DNA from: Fimbriimonadia bacterium
GTDB lineage: Bacteria; Armatimonadota; Fimbriimonadia; Fimbriimonadales; JABRVX01
DNA: 64,000 bases
Assembly (NCBI GenBank): GCA_041483895.1
Contig: JBGPGO010000009.1
Span: 108,880-172,879, forward strand
Reading direction: 5' to 3'
Within the stretch, counting starts at the first letter, position 1; each line of letters begins with the position of its first letter. This document shows, piece by piece, positions 29,984 to 40,540 of the stretch. Below the pieces are notes generated by a model. The model saw only the letters and a list, made by a program, of their open reading frames with translations, was not told the origin of the DNA and did no database searches. A program made the translations under genes and the position numbers.

Positions 29984-31225
29984 TCAGTGTCCAGGAACGA
30001 TATCTCCCGTTGCGTTGGGTGAGATGAATGCGTACCGATAGTGGACCGGTTGGCCTCCTTGGTCAATGGCATCGGGTCCGATGCTGTATAGAACGTAGGA
30101 ACGGCCCTTGCGCGAATAGGAATATGGTTTGTGGTCAGTAAATGGATCGTTGAGAACTGATTTGATACCGACGGCTTGCAACTGTGACAGGCTTGCAGGG
30201 TATTTGCCTTCGCGTTCATGATAGGCGCGCAAGGCAACCGATAGCAGCAACAAATCATTGTTTGCCTGGCGCGCACAATATTGAAGTCGTTCTAAACGAT
30301 TCATATTTACGACATTATCCGGCGACCACCAATCCGGGTCTCGCTTCGTTAGCGAGGTTTGCTTGTGCTACGGCCCGTTCGCTTCCGCAATGGAGCGATC
30401 GTAGCCCTCCGTGCACTCCGCGAAAATGCGGCGTTTGCCGGCGATAATTGTCTTGAATTTCCGAATGCGAAAGTCGAGGTCGACTCGACCGATTTTTGAC
30501 ATGACATCTTCGATCATCAGTTTCCCCGCCCAGTCGCGATCTCTGAACATTTCCAGCAGTTCCCATTGACGAGACGCCTTGTCTTCCTGAAGAAGATCCG
30601 CGAAGGTTGCATGCTTTGCCAATATGTCTTGCAACCTCTCAACTACTGATATCGCGCTGTTTGCGGTCATCTTCGCGATTAATCCGGCAATCAGCTTCCG
30701 ATAATCTTGTTGCATGATCTCGGCGGCCATATAACTTCCGAAGTCGGCGCCCCGCGTACTCATAACCGCAATCTCGAACGCATCCAAGTAACAGTTTGCG
30801 GCCACCTGCGTGTCTCCCTTTCGCAGGAACAGGTTTGCCTCGATTCGGAATAGATAGCCGATACTTTGGTAGTAGTATGCGCTCCAGTTCCGTTGGTCTG
30901 CTTTGCGAATTGGAGGTTCACGGTATTCGTACGACAATCCTTCCCGCGCCCACTGGATTGCGCGCGCATGGTCATCTAGTATCTGCCTAGACCTGGCCGC
31001 CGGATAGCGGTTGCCTGCTGTCACCGCAGTCCGGATTTGTTCGTCAGATTCCGTATCGTGCCCGGCCCAGGCAAAATAGTCGTACGCGTTCGGTTCCGGC
31101 ATGGATGGGGTGGGGAGAACAAAGTCCGGATTGCTGTTTCCGGAGAGCCAGAGGATCGCGCTCGACGCGATGGTTAGGAAGGCGATGACGGCAAACCCGA
31201 TCACGATCTTTTTCCAACGTTTCAT
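29984..31225 (-). pseudogene. Membrane-anchored hypothetical protein interrupted by one in-frame TAG at 30368-30370
   Basis: ORFs 30368-31225 and 29984-30304 are in the same frame and the 21 codons between them are open. C-terminus ALRAY...YPASL...DPF...LYSIGPD resembles a GspG-type tail. Confidence 0.75.
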
Positions 31226-32685
31226 GGCCCTTTTGCGACCCGAAAAACGAATCGAACCTCTTTGACATACGGTTTTGGACTCTGGTCCTTTACTTCCATT
31301 GTGATTGGAAAATCGCCCAGTTCTGTTGGCGATCCGGTGATCGCTCCTGTAATGGATGAAATTCCGACGCCTTTTGGCAATGCGCCTTCTTTGATGCGCC
31401 AAAAATAGGCTGGTATTCCTCCGTATGCTTGCGGAACGATCTGCACCGGCGCACCCAGTTTCGCAGCTACCGATTCGGGCAACGCCGCGACCAACGGATC
31501 GAAGCATGAGACGCTGCGTATCTTGTACCCATTGGCTTTGAGGCAGAGAAGATGCAACTTTGTGATCAGCCATCTCCGGGTCTTCATTTCACCGTGATAT
31601 TCCAATCCAAAGCCGCCCATCTTGCTGGCTGGATCGGTCGCGCCAATCAGGTGGTCGCTGGCATCGTAGCCCGGGTCGAAGCCGAGATAGTCGCGCACTT
31701 CCACGGCGGAATATTTCTTCGTGGTTTTTGCCGTGCGGCTGATCGGATAGGCCTCGAAAAAGCAGAGGGCATGTCCCATTTCGTGAACAGCGATGGAATA
31801 GAAATCTGCCGGTTCGTTGCGCTGGCTGCCGCTCACCCACCAGTCGTCGTCGCCGCGCGAATAGAACCAGCCGAGCTCGTGGTAGTTCCCGGCCGTATCA
31901 AAGTGCACGACCCCGGACCGCTTGAGTGGCAGTTCTTTGCCGCCGGAATGCTGCTGGCCACCGGACCAGGACGATGCACCGCCCGATCGGAGCTCGGTTC
32001 CATGAATTCCGACGATGTACATCAGATAACCCGTGTATGAAGTCTTGTTCTTTACGAGGCGGCTTGCGACAAATCCATCCTTGTTCCACACTTCCGTTTG
32101 CTCTGAAGCCGCTTTAACTTCGTCCAGATTCATATCATCAATAAAGTAGCTCCAATCGGCTGCCGCCTGCCCCACCACTCGCCGCACGTCATCGGATAGT
32201 GTGAAGTCTGTGGTGTCTTGTGAATAATCTAACTTAATATATGATACACGCGATTCGTCCTTGTCTTGGTCGATGACATGTATGGGAACATAGCTGCGCA
32301 CCTTTTCCGCATTCGACGCATCGAATACTTGCAGTACCAGCTTGTGATCTTCGTCCTTGCCATCCCGATCAGGAAAGATGGCGATCCAGACCGGTGTGGT
32401 GGATTTTGGCTCACTCGCAAGGTATATGTCTTTGCCGACGCCATATCGATCCGATCCGTCCGATCGATTAAAGTAGATGCGCGAACAGGTTGAATGGAGG
32501 TAAATGTGAACCGGATAGGTGACCGTTTTTGGCGGCTCGATCTTGATCTGGATCGCCGGATTTCCGATCTCCCCTTCCCAATCCAGCAGGGTGATGCCGG
32601 ATTCGTTGATGGGGCGGTCGAACGCATCCCGCACCGTGAGCGGTAAGCCGATTTGCGCGAAGGCGATTGCGATCAGGACTAGCAT
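31222..32685 (-). CDS. Secreted HExxH zinc-peptidase-like protein with a C-terminal Ig-like domain
   Basis: VHEMGHAL; GGIPAYFW..EGALPKGVGISSITGAITGSPT. Confidence 0.7.
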   Translation of the reverse strand: MLVLIAIAFAQIGLPLTVRDAFDRPINESGITLLDWEGEIGNPAIQIKIEPPKTVTYPVHIYLHSTCSRIYFNRSDGSDRYGVGKDIYLASEPKSTTPVWIAIFPDRDGKDEDHKLVLQVFDASNAEKVRSYVPIHVIDQDKDESRVSYIKLDYSQDTTDFTLSDDVRRVVGQAAADWSYFIDDMNLDEVKAASEQTEVWNKDGFVASRLVKNKTSYTGYLMYIVGIHGTELRSGGASSWSGGQQHSGGKELPLKRSGVVHFDTAGNYHELGWFYSRGDDDWWVSGSQRNEPADFYSIAVHEMGHALCFFEAYPISRTAKTTKKYSAVEVRDYLGFDPGYDASDHLIGATDPASKMGGFGLEYHGEMKTRRWLITKLHLLCLKANGYKIRSVSCFDPLVAALPESVAAKLGAPVQIVPQAYGGIPAYFWRIKEGALPKGVGISSITGAITGSPTELGDFPITMEVKDQSPKPYVKEVRFVFRVAKGP

Positions 32686-32704
32686 GGCAAGAGATTACCC
32701 GCAG

Positions 32705-33391
32705 TCATTGATTTGGTTTCCATGTCCGCACGTTTAGGTCCGCAGGCAGGGTCCAATGAACATGGCCGTCTGCGCGCGCGATGACAAGTCCCTCCTTGTG
32801 CCGCGCAACTGCCAGGCTGTCATTGCCAAACAGATTCCAGCCGGGGATGGAGTCAAACAAGAGAACGACTTCACCGGGTGATTCGAGGCGATTCAACGGC
32901 ATCGAACTGAGATATCCATTCATCGCATAGCTGCTTTCATGGGCCCCCAAGTGGATGCAATGGAGAGAGTCGAGACTCATTAAATATGGCCCCGCGGCGT
33001 CGCACCAGGCGGCCCCCGGCGGCAAAGTTCCTTCATTGTCGGACGAATACATCAGGAACGCGCGTGCCACCTGCCTTTGATTGGTGATGCACGTTTCCAG
33101 CAAAGTTTCTTCCTGGTTCGACACGAAAAGCGATCGCGTCAGATAGAAGAGATAGGGTCCGGTCAGGATCGCCCCGCTGGAGGCGATAATCGCGCTGATC
33201 GCCACCCCCTCCCCGCGCAGATCGCCCCAACTTGTTTGGATCAACCGAAGGGCCCGGATTCCAAGGACCAACCCTACGATCCCCGAGACACCATATGACA
33301 AATAACCCGCAAATCCAAACGCCAGCGCCACCACCGCCAGGCGGCACAATCGCGAGGGCCGAAACGCGATGAGGGGCGGGATCTCCGGCAT
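32705..33391 (-). CDS. DUF4190-like membrane protein with an H-X9-DG C-terminal domain
   Basis: GLVLGIRALRLI...GEGVAISAII; CITNQRQVARAFLMYSSDN; RHKEGLVIARADGHV. Confidence 0.7.
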   Translation of the reverse strand: MPEIPPLIAFRPSRLCRLAVVALAFGFAGYLSYGVSGIVGLVLGIRALRLIQTSWGDLRGEGVAISAIIASSGAILTGPYLFYLTRSLFVSNQEETLLETCITNQRQVARAFLMYSSDNEGTLPPGAAWCDAAGPYLMSLDSLHCIHLGAHESSYAMNGYLSSMPLNRLESPGEVVLLFDSIPGWNLFGNDSLAVARHKEGLVIARADGHVHWTLPADLNVRTWKPNQ

Positions 33392-33477
33392 GTCCCATAT
33401 TCTGACACCTTCGCCCGAAGGAATCTGCTTGCCACGGTCGAACCCAGCCACATGTCGAAGCAGGCATTGTTGCTCGA

Positions 33478-33704
33478 ATGTCACACGGTTCTGTCTTCCG
33501 CTCGTGCTGCGTCGTCCTTCAAGTTGTGGTGGCGCTCGCGCTGTATCCGGATCGACAGGAGTTCCGCCGCCAGTACCCTGATATCGACGATGAGGACGTC
33601 CGTCAGGCCCTAGCGTACGCTGCGGCGAATCTTTACGATGCGTCGTTCGACCAGCCGGCTGTAAATTGAGGCTGCTCCTCGATCAAGGCTTGCCGTTGCC
33701 ATAA
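33478..33704 (+). pseudogene. Relic DUF433 antitoxin plus DUF5615-type PIN toxin stub
   Basis: YPDIDDEDVRQALAYAA ends in TGA at 33667-33669, overlapped by a TTG-started MRLLLDQGLPLP* (33666-33704). Confidence 0.7.
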
Positions 33705-33738
33705 TCAGCAGGTCTGATCGCTTCGGAACGCGAACTCT

Positions 33739-35343
33739 TTGACTGTGGAAATACTCGAGTCTCGATTGGATGTCGGCGCGGCCCAGTTCGAAGCGAATCG
33801 CGGGGCGTATGAGGCAGTTCTGAGAGAATTCCGCGCCAAGTTGGAACAGGCGAAGCAGGGCGGGGGGGCGGAGTTGCAAGCCAAGCACAGGTCGCGCGGA
33901 AAAATGCTCGCCCGCGAAAGGATTGATGCACTCATCGACCCCGGCGCGCCATTCCTCGAATTCAGCTCCCTCGCCGCGAACGGCATGTATGATGACGAGG
34001 CCCCCTGCGCCGGCATCGTGACCGGAATCGGGCCGATCCACAGCAAGGAGTGCCTGATCGTCGCCAATGATGCCACCGTAAAGGGCGGCACCTACTTCCC
34101 GATTACAGTCAAGAAGCACCTGCGCGCCCAGGAAATCGCCTTGGAAAATCGTCTGCCGTGCATCTATTTGGTGGACAGCGGCGGTGCGTTCCTGCCACTG
34201 CAGGCCGAGGTGTTTCCGGATCGGGACCATTTCGGCCGGATATTCTACAACCAGGCACGTATGTCGGCGGAGCGCATTCCACAGATCGCCGCGGTCATGG
34301 GCTCTTGCACGGCCGGCGGCGCCTACGTCCCCGCAATGTCCGACCACGCTGTTATCGTCAAAGGGACTGGCACCATCTTCCTCGGCGGCCCGCCTTTGGT
34401 AAAGGCGGCGACCGGTGAGGTGGTCAGCATCGAGGACCTTGGCGGGGCGGACGTTCACACGCGGCTGTCCGGCGTGGCCGACTATATGGCGGATAACGAT
34501 GGTCACGCTTTGGAATTGTGCAGGTCTATCGTTGAAAACTTAAACATAACTAAGACGATCTCGGCTGATGTTCGCTCGCCGGAAGACTCGATTTACGACC
34601 CGCGAGAACTGTACGGAATCGTCCCCGCCGACCCGAAGCAGCCGTTCGACATCCGGGAGATCATCTCGCGAATCGTTGACGGCAGCCGATTCCACGAATT
34701 CAAACCGAGATATGGCCAGACGCTCGTTACCGGCTTCGCCCGCATCCATGGCTACCCGGTGGGCATTCTCGCCAACAACGGCATTCTTTTTTCCGAGAGC
34801 GCGCTGAAAGGGACCCACTTCATTGAGCTATGTTGCCAGCGGCGCATCCCCATCATATTTCTGCAAAACATCACGGGCTTCATGGTGGGGCGCAAGTACG
34901 AGAACGAGGGGATCGCAAAGGACGGGGCCAAGATGGTGATGGCGGTCGCCTGCGCCAATGTCCCGAAGTTCACCGTCGTGGTTGGCGGCTCGTTCGGGGC
35001 GGGGAACTATGCGATGTGTGGCCGCGCATACGGTCCGCGGCAGCTATGGATGTGGCCGAACGCCCGAATTTCCGTTATGGGTGGGGAGCAGGCGGCAAAT
35101 GTGCTCCTCACCGTCAAACTCGATCAAAAGGGTGAACCGATGAGCGCTGAGGAGCAAGAGCAGTTTAAACGGCCCACACTCGAGAAGTATCAGGAGGAGG
35201 GCAGCGCATACTATTCCACGGCCCGGCTCTGGGACGACGGCATCATCGATCCGGTGGATACGCGCATGGTGTTGGCGCTTGGAATCTCCGCTGCCTACAA
35301 CGCAACCATTTGTGAAACCGATTTTGGAGTGTTTCGGATGTGA
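33739..35343 (+). CDS. Methylcrotonyl-CoA carboxylase beta (carboxyltransferase) subunit
   Basis: [42 protein letters not shown] and STARLWDDG. Confidence 0.93.
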   Translation: MTVEILESRLDVGAAQFEANRGAYEAVLREFRAKLEQAKQGGGAELQAKHRSRGKMLARERIDALIDPGAPFLEFSSLAANGMYDDEAPCAGIVTGIGPIHSKECLIVANDATVKGGTYFPITVKKHLRAQEIALENRLPCIYLVDSGGAFLPLQAEVFPDRDHFGRIFYNQARMSAERIPQIAAVMGSCTAGGAYVPAMSDHAVIVKGTGTIFLGGPPLVKAATGEVVSIEDLGGADVHTRLSGVADYMADNDGHALELCRSIVENLNITKTISADVRSPEDSIYDPRELYGIVPADPKQPFDIREIISRIVDGSRFHEFKPRYGQTLVTGFARIHGYPVGILANNGILFSESALKGTHFIELCCQRRIPIIFLQNITGFMVGRKYENEGIAKDGAKMVMAVACANVPKFTVVVGGSFGAGNYAMCGRAYGPRQLWMWPNARISVMGGEQAANVLLTVKLDQKGEPMSAEEQEQFKRPTLEKYQEEGSAYYSTARLWDDGIIDPVDTRMVLALGISAAYNATICETDFGVFRM

Positions 35344-35837
35344 AGAACCTGTATCTGATCGTGGTAGTGACCGCGGTTTTGTTCGGTTGTCATACGCCAA
35401 AGAAGGCCAGCACAGTCACCTTTCATGGCTATTCTCTAAACATTCCAGGGGGTGTACAGCACGAATACGATGGGAAAGATACACTCATGATCTTCCCTGA
35501 AGACGATCGTTGGAGAATTGACTTTTCCCCCATCGCCGAAGACGTTCTCAGGACGGAGGCGGAGCGCCACCGGTCGGCCGAAGTGGCCATGAGACTCGAT
35601 AAAGGGGCCGTCTCTATGACGGTCCCGCCGGAGGTCCGAAAGCAAGGCCAGTATTATGAGGTTTACTATCAGTGCAAAACCGTCGAACAAGGAATTCCTG
35701 TAACTATGGAGGAGCATATTTTCGCCCACGAAACTAGTGGCGTGATTTCGGTGTCATTGAGAAGCCGAGCCACGGACGATGATAGGCGGATCATCGATTC
35801 AATTCTCGCAAGCATGCGATATCAGCCCAGCCAGTGA
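35340..35837 (+). CDS. Hypothetical lipoprotein
   Basis: Lipobox VLFGC; start overlaps the upstream stop. Confidence 0.65.
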   Translation: MKNLYLIVVVTAVLFGCHTPKKASTVTFHGYSLNIPGGVQHEYDGKDTLMIFPEDDRWRIDFSPIAEDVLRTEAERHRSAEVAMRLDKGAVSMTVPPEVRKQGQYYEVYYQCKTVEQGIPVTMEEHIFAHETSGVISVSLRSRATDDDRRIIDSILASMRYQPSQ

Positions 35838-35861
35838 GTCCGGTTTCTGTATAATTGCCGC

Positions 35862-36539
35862 ATGTGCGCGCGCTACTCGTTATTCCAAGAACGCTTGGCC
35901 TTCCCCGGCCTCTTTGAAGGCGATGGGCCGGACTGGACGCCGAACTACAACATCACTCCCTCAACCTATGTCCCCGTCGTGTTCGAACAGGACGAGGAGA
36001 GGACGCTGCATTTAATGGAGTGGGGCCTTGTGCCGGCGTGGGTAAAGGACTACCAGGGCGTCAAGGCTCGGCCCGTCAATGCCCGATCCGAAACGGCGAG
36101 TGAAAAGCCATACTTCCGCACCAGTTTCAAAAAGCGCCGTTGTATCCTGCCGATGTCCGGCTTCTTCGAATGGAAGGCCGAATCGGACGGCACCAAGGTA
36201 TTCAAGCAGCCCTACTATGTTTCCCGCACCGATGGCGGCATCCTGGCGGCGGCGGGACTATGGGACATTTGGGATCGCGGCGAACCGATTCATGAGACAT
36301 GCACGATCCTGACGACGGATGCAAATCCGTTCATGGCCAGGCTGCACGATCGCATGCCCTGCTTTTTGGAGCCGGATGATTATGATTCCTGGCTGGACGC
36401 GGACCTCCAAGAACCGGCAGCAATACAGTCGATGCTGAGTCCTCTGCCGGAAGGGGTTCTGCGGGCTTGGCCGGTTACTCGGTCCATGAGCAATCCGCGC
36501 TACAAATCTCCCGAATCGATCGTACCGATTTCTGCGTAG
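35862..36539 (+). CDS. SOS response-associated peptidase (SRAP/YedK family)
   Basis: Cys2 in MCARY; NARSET, FFEW and HDRMP. Confidence 0.92.
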   Translation: MCARYSLFQERLAFPGLFEGDGPDWTPNYNITPSTYVPVVFEQDEERTLHLMEWGLVPAWVKDYQGVKARPVNARSETASEKPYFRTSFKKRRCILPMSGFFEWKAESDGTKVFKQPYYVSRTDGGILAAAGLWDIWDRGEPIHETCTILTTDANPFMARLHDRMPCFLEPDDYDSWLDADLQEPAAIQSMLSPLPEGVLRAWPVTRSMSNPRYKSPESIVPISA

Positions 36540-36625
36540 CCTCCCTCCCAGGCTGCATGAGCAGCGACGGGCCAGCAATCCTATCATCCCCATTTCCCGG
36601 TAATTACGGATCGGCCGTCTCCTGT

Positions 36626-36640
36626 TGGCACGCAAATTGC
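36626..36640 (+). promoter_or_regulatory. sigma-54 -24/-12 promoter
   Basis: TGGCAC-GCAAA-TTGC. Confidence 0.85.
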
Positions 36641-36719
36641 CGCCCTGCAACCAAGACGCCGTGACGGCCGGCTAGAGCGCGCGGCGATTCAGCACACTCA
36701 CCAACTGGAGAACAACCAA

Positions 36720-37304
36720 ATGAACCGCAGCATTCGATTCGCCCTTTTGGCGGCTGCCCTCGCTTGCGTAGGGGCCGTCAACGCTGATGATTTCAACCCG
36801 CCGCCGTGGCGCGGCGCGCCCATGAGCGACTTCCAGCAGTGGGAGTTCAAAACCGATGGCCCGCTTCCGGAACTGTCCAACAACCCGTTCGGTCAACCGG
36901 CGATCACGCAGATCGGTGATTCTCGCTGGCTCGAGACCTTTGAGGGCCGCGACGGCGTCTGGTGCATTCCCGACGGCAGCGCCATGGTTTTCTTCATCCC
37001 GGATGCCGATGACCCGACCGAGCAGAAGATCATCCGAATGCAGGTCACCTACTTCGGTGGCCCGGACGGTTTCACCTGGAACGGCGGTCAATTTGACCAG
37101 GGCTATCAAGACCTTGGCAACGGTTGGACCGGTACCTGGGCGGACTATCTGCTTCCCTGCCAGCCATTCAACGCCTACATCTCCGGTGGCCCAATCTATG
37201 TCGACGAAGTCGTCATTGACGCGGTCTGCGTTCCGGAACCGGGCACGATTGCGGCCTTCGCCGCCGCCGGTCTTGGACTGATCCTTCGCCGACGCAAGAG
37301 ATAG
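36720..37304 (+). CDS. PEP-CTERM protein, paralog 1
   Basis: Signal peptide; VPEPGT + TM + RRRKR. Confidence 0.9.
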   Translation: MNRSIRFALLAAALACVGAVNADDFNPPPWRGAPMSDFQQWEFKTDGPLPELSNNPFGQPAITQIGDSRWLETFEGRDGVWCIPDGSAMVFFIPDADDPTEQKIIRMQVTYFGGPDGFTWNGGQFDQGYQDLGNGWTGTWADYLLPCQPFNAYISGGPIYVDEVVIDAVCVPEPGTIAAFAAAGLGLILRRRKR

Positions 37305-37331
37305 GCGAACCCGAGTCCTCGAGCTCTCAAG

Positions 37332-37360
37332 GCTTCCCGCTAACAAGCGGGAAGCCTTTC
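37332..37360 (+). terminator. Terminator after paralog 1
   Basis: GCTTCCCGCT-AACA-AGCGGGAAGC followed by CTTTC. Confidence 0.65.
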
Positions 37361-37439
37361 TGCTTGCATCAAATCACAAGAACGCCTAGCAATTCTGTCA
37401 TCCCCATTTGCCGGTAATTTCGGCGCGAGCGCATCCGGT

Positions 37440-37454
37440 TGGCATGCAAATTGC
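37440..37454 (+). promoter_or_regulatory. sigma-54 -24/-12 promoter
   Basis: TGGCAT-GCAAA-TTGC. Confidence 0.8.
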
Positions 37455-37533
37455 CGCCTTGAAGGAAGTACGCCGTGACGGCCGGATTGAGCGCGCGGCG
37501 AACACGCATACTCACCAACTGGAGAACAACAAT

Positions 37534-38118
37534 ATGAACCGCAGCATACGATACGCCATCTTGGCGGCTGCCCTCGCATGCGTAGGGGCCGTCAACGCTG
37601 ATGATTTCAACCCGCCGCCGTGGCGCGGTGCTCCCATGAGCGACTTCCAGCAGTGGGAGTTCAAGACCGACGGCCCGCTTCCGGAACTGTCCAACAACCC
37701 GTTCGGCCAACCGGCTATCACGCAGATCGGTGATTCTCGCTGGCTCGAGACCTTTGAGGGTCGAGACGGCGTTTGGTGCATCCCTCAAGGCGGCACCATG
37801 GTTTTCCACATTCCGGATGCCGATGAGCCAACCGAGAAGAAGATCGTTCGCATCCAGGTCACCTTCTTTGGTGGCGCCGCCGGCTTCCATTGGCTGGGCG
37901 ATCCCTTTGACGGTGGCTATGAAGATCGCGGCAATGGTTGGACCGGCGCTTGGGCCGACTACACGTTGCCCTGTCAGCCGTTTGACGTGGTCCTGATCGG
38001 CGGCCCGCTGTATGTGGACGAGATGGTTGTTGATGCCGTATGCGTTCCCGAGCCGGGCACGATTGCGGCCTTCGCCGCCGCCGGCCTTGGATTGGTTCTT
38101 CGACGCCGAAAGCGATAA
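37534..38118 (+). CDS. PEP-CTERM protein, paralog 2
   Basis: N- and C-termini nearly identical to paralog 1. Confidence 0.9.
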   Translation: MNRSIRYAILAAALACVGAVNADDFNPPPWRGAPMSDFQQWEFKTDGPLPELSNNPFGQPAITQIGDSRWLETFEGRDGVWCIPQGGTMVFHIPDADEPTEKKIVRIQVTFFGGAAGFHWLGDPFDGGYEDRGNGWTGAWADYTLPCQPFDVVLIGGPLYVDEMVVDAVCVPEPGTIAAFAAAGLGLVLRRRKR

Positions 38119-38255
38119 CTCCGAGAACAACAAGATGATAGACCCCCCTCGGTTCTCCGCGGGGGGCTTTCCGTTGCGTTCTCGATCAAGGTCTCCGAAA
38201 GCAGGCATTCCAGCCGTCCCAATTTCCCGTTAAGCAACGCAAAACCGCCTGGATT

Positions 38256-38270
38256 TGGCATGGTCCTTGC
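38256..38270 (+). promoter_or_regulatory. sigma-54 -24/-12 promoter
   Basis: TGGCAT-GGTCC-TTGC at the equivalent position. Confidence 0.8.
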
Positions 38271-38349
38271 CTCAACTTATTGAACGCGTGGTCCCGGTGC
38301 GCCGGCACGCTCGATGGCCCAGCACACTCACCAACTGGAGAACAATAAA

Positions 38350-38958
38350 ATGAACCGCAGCATCCGATTCGCCTTATTGGCGACTGCCCTCGCATGCGTC
38401 GGGGTAGCCACCGCAGATGACTTCAACCCGCCACCGTGGCGCGGCGCTCCCATGAGCGACTTTCAGCAGTGGGAGTTCAAGACCGACGGACCGTTCCCGG
38501 AGATTTCCAATAACCCGTTCGGCCAGCCGGCGATGACGGACGTTGACGAAGCGCAATGGCTGGAGACCAAAGAGGGACGCGATGGCGTCTGGTGCATTGG
38601 CGAAGAAGGCAAGCTTGTCTTCCACATTCCGGATGCCGAAGAGCGCGAGATGAAGAAGCTCATCCGCATTCAGATCACTTTCTTCGGTGACGACTTCCAC
38701 TTCATCGGCGATCCGTTCCATCATGGTTTCGTCGATCTAGGCAACGGTTGGCATGGTGGCTGGGCGGACTATGTACGCCAATGCAAACCGTTTGACGTGT
38801 ATATCTTCGGCCCGAATGACGACGACGGCTTGACCCATCAGGACAAGCTCTATGTTGACGAGCTGGTTGTCGACGCCGTCTGCGTTCCGGAGCCGGGCAT
38901 GTTCGCCGGCCTCTCCACCACGGGCCTCGGTCTGGTTCTTCGACGCCGAAAGAGATAA
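38350..38958 (+). CDS. PEP-CTERM protein, paralog 3
   Basis: Same DDFNPPPWRG...VPEPG architecture. Confidence 0.9.
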   Translation: MNRSIRFALLATALACVGVATADDFNPPPWRGAPMSDFQQWEFKTDGPFPEISNNPFGQPAMTDVDEAQWLETKEGRDGVWCIGEEGKLVFHIPDAEEREMKKLIRIQITFFGDDFHFIGDPFHHGFVDLGNGWHGGWADYVRQCKPFDVYIFGPNDDDGLTHQDKLYVDELVVDAVCVPEPGMFAGLSTTGLGLVLRRRKR

Positions 38959-38981
38959 CGGTCCGACGAACCCTCGGAAGT

Positions 38982-39012
38982 AATCCCTTCACAGTCTGAC
39001 TGTGAAGGGATT
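38982..39012. terminator. Hairpin between convergent genes, likely bidirectional terminator
   Basis: AATCCCTTCACAGTC-T-GACTGTGAAGGGATT. Confidence 0.7.
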
Positions 39013-39043
39013 TCCATTTGTTTGCACTTATCGATTCGATCCG

Positions 39044-40540
39044 CTATTGCAGCCGTACGCAGACTGCCTTTGTCTCCGTGTACAGGTCCAACGCGTCGTG
39101 GCCCATTTCGCGGCCCCAGCCCGACTGCTTGTATCCTCCGAACGGCAGCGCCGCATCGAAGATGTTGTAGCAGTTGATCCACACGGTTCCGGCCCGCAGC
39201 CTGTTGGCGATGCTATGCGCCTTGGAAATGTCGCGCGTCCAAATCCCGGCGGCAAGACCATACACGCTGTTGTTGGATGCGTCCACAACTTCGTCCAGGT
39301 TCTTGAACGGCACGGCCGCGACGACCGGTCCGAAGATCTCCTCCTCGATCACCTTCATTCCTGGCTTCGTGTCCACGAGAACCGTGGGCTCGACGAAATA
39401 GCCGGGCAGGTTCATCTTGTGGCCGCCGACAACCGCCTTCGCGCCTTGGGTCTTACCCGATTCTAGATATCCGCACACGCGGCCGAGCTGCTCTTCCGAC
39501 ACCAGGGGTCCCATTTCGCAGGCGGATTCCATGCCGGGACCGACATGAATCTTCTTCGCCTGATCAGCAACGCCGCTCACGACCTTGTCGAAGATGCGCT
39601 CCTGAACATATAGCCGAGAGCCCGCGCAACAGCACTGGCCATGGTTGAAGAAGATCGCGCTGGCAGCGCCGGCGATAGCCATGTCGAGATCGGCGTCGTC
39701 CATCACGATGTTCGGGGATTTGCCGCCCAATTCCAGGGTCACCTTCTTCAGGTTTCCCGTCGCGGCTTGGGCGATCAGCCTGCCGACTTCGGTGGAACCC
39801 GTGAATGCCACTTTGTCTACATCCGGATGGGCGGAAAGGGCCGCTCCGGCTGTCTCGCCATATCCTGGGACGATGTTGACCACGCCGGGCGGGAAGCCCG
39901 CCTCACAGATCAGCTCGCCGAGCCGGAGCGCGGAGAGCGGGGTCTGCTCGGCAGGTTTGATAACGACCGTGCAACCTGCCGCGAGCGCCGGACCAAGCTT
40001 CCACGCCGCCATGAGCAGCGGGAAGTTCCACGGGATGATCTGCGCAACCACGCCGACCGGTTCGCGCCGGGTGTAGGCATGGTACTCGGCGCCGGGAGTG
40101 TAGTGGACGCTGATCGGGATCGTGTGCCCCTCGATCTTGGTCGCCCACCCCGCCATGTATCGGAACAGGTCGGCGGCCAATGGAACGTCGGCGGCTCGGG
40201 CGATGGTCAGCGGCTTTCCGTTGTCCAAGGTCTCCAGCTGCGCGAGCTCCTCCGTATGGGCTTCTATCAGATCGGCGAGCTTCCACATCAGCCGGCCACG
40301 CTCGCTTGGGGTCATCTTCGGCCACGGGCCGGATTCGAAAGCTTTGCGAGCCGCGCGAACCGCGGTCTCTACATCTTGTCTGTCGCCTTCGGCTATGTGC
40401 GCGAGCACCTCGCCGGTGGCGGGATTGTAGGTCGGAAAGGTTCGACCGGACGCGGCTTCCACCCATCGTCCGTCGATCAGCATCTTTTTTTGCGATGCGA
40501 CAAATGAGCTGACTTGTGGCTCAATTTGAGCGATTGCCAT
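39044..40540 (-). CDS. NAD(P)-dependent aldehyde dehydrogenase
   Basis: IIPWNFP, FTGST, LELGGKSP, GQCCCAG, EEIFGPV and PFGGYKQSG. Confidence 0.97.
   Translation of the reverse strand: MAIAQIEPQVSSFVASQKKMLIDGRWVEAASGRTFPTYNPATGEVLAHIAEGDRQDVETAVRAARKAFESGPWPKMTPSERGRLMWKLADLIEAHTEELAQLETLDNGKPLTIARAADVPLAADLFRYMAGWATKIEGHTIPISVHYTPGAEYHAYTRREPVGVVAQIIPWNFPLLMAAWKLGPALAAGCTVVIKPAEQTPLSALRLGELICEAGFPPGVVNIVPGYGETAGAALSAHPDVDKVAFTGSTEVGRLIAQAATGNLKKVTLELGGKSPNIVMDDADLDMAIAGAASAIFFNHGQCCCAGSRLYVQERIFDKVVSGVADQAKKIHVGPGMESACEMGPLVSEEQLGRVCGYLESGKTQGAKAVVGGHKMNLPGYFVEPTVLVDTKPGMKVIEEEIFGPVVAAVPFKNLDEVVDASNNSVYGLAAGIWTRDISKAHSIANRLRAGTVWINCYNIFDAALPFGGYKQSGWGREMGHDALDLYTETKAVCVRLQ

Noticed and set aside
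30340..30370. Pyrrolysine or selenocysteine recoding as a firm call
   Set aside because: The codon is TAG rather than TGA, the hairpin is short, no pyl genes are visible and many genes here end in TAG.
36720..38958. Diversity-generating retroelement acting on the PEP-CTERM paralogs
   Set aside because: No reverse transcriptase; the differences are not adenine-specific; all three copies are full genes.
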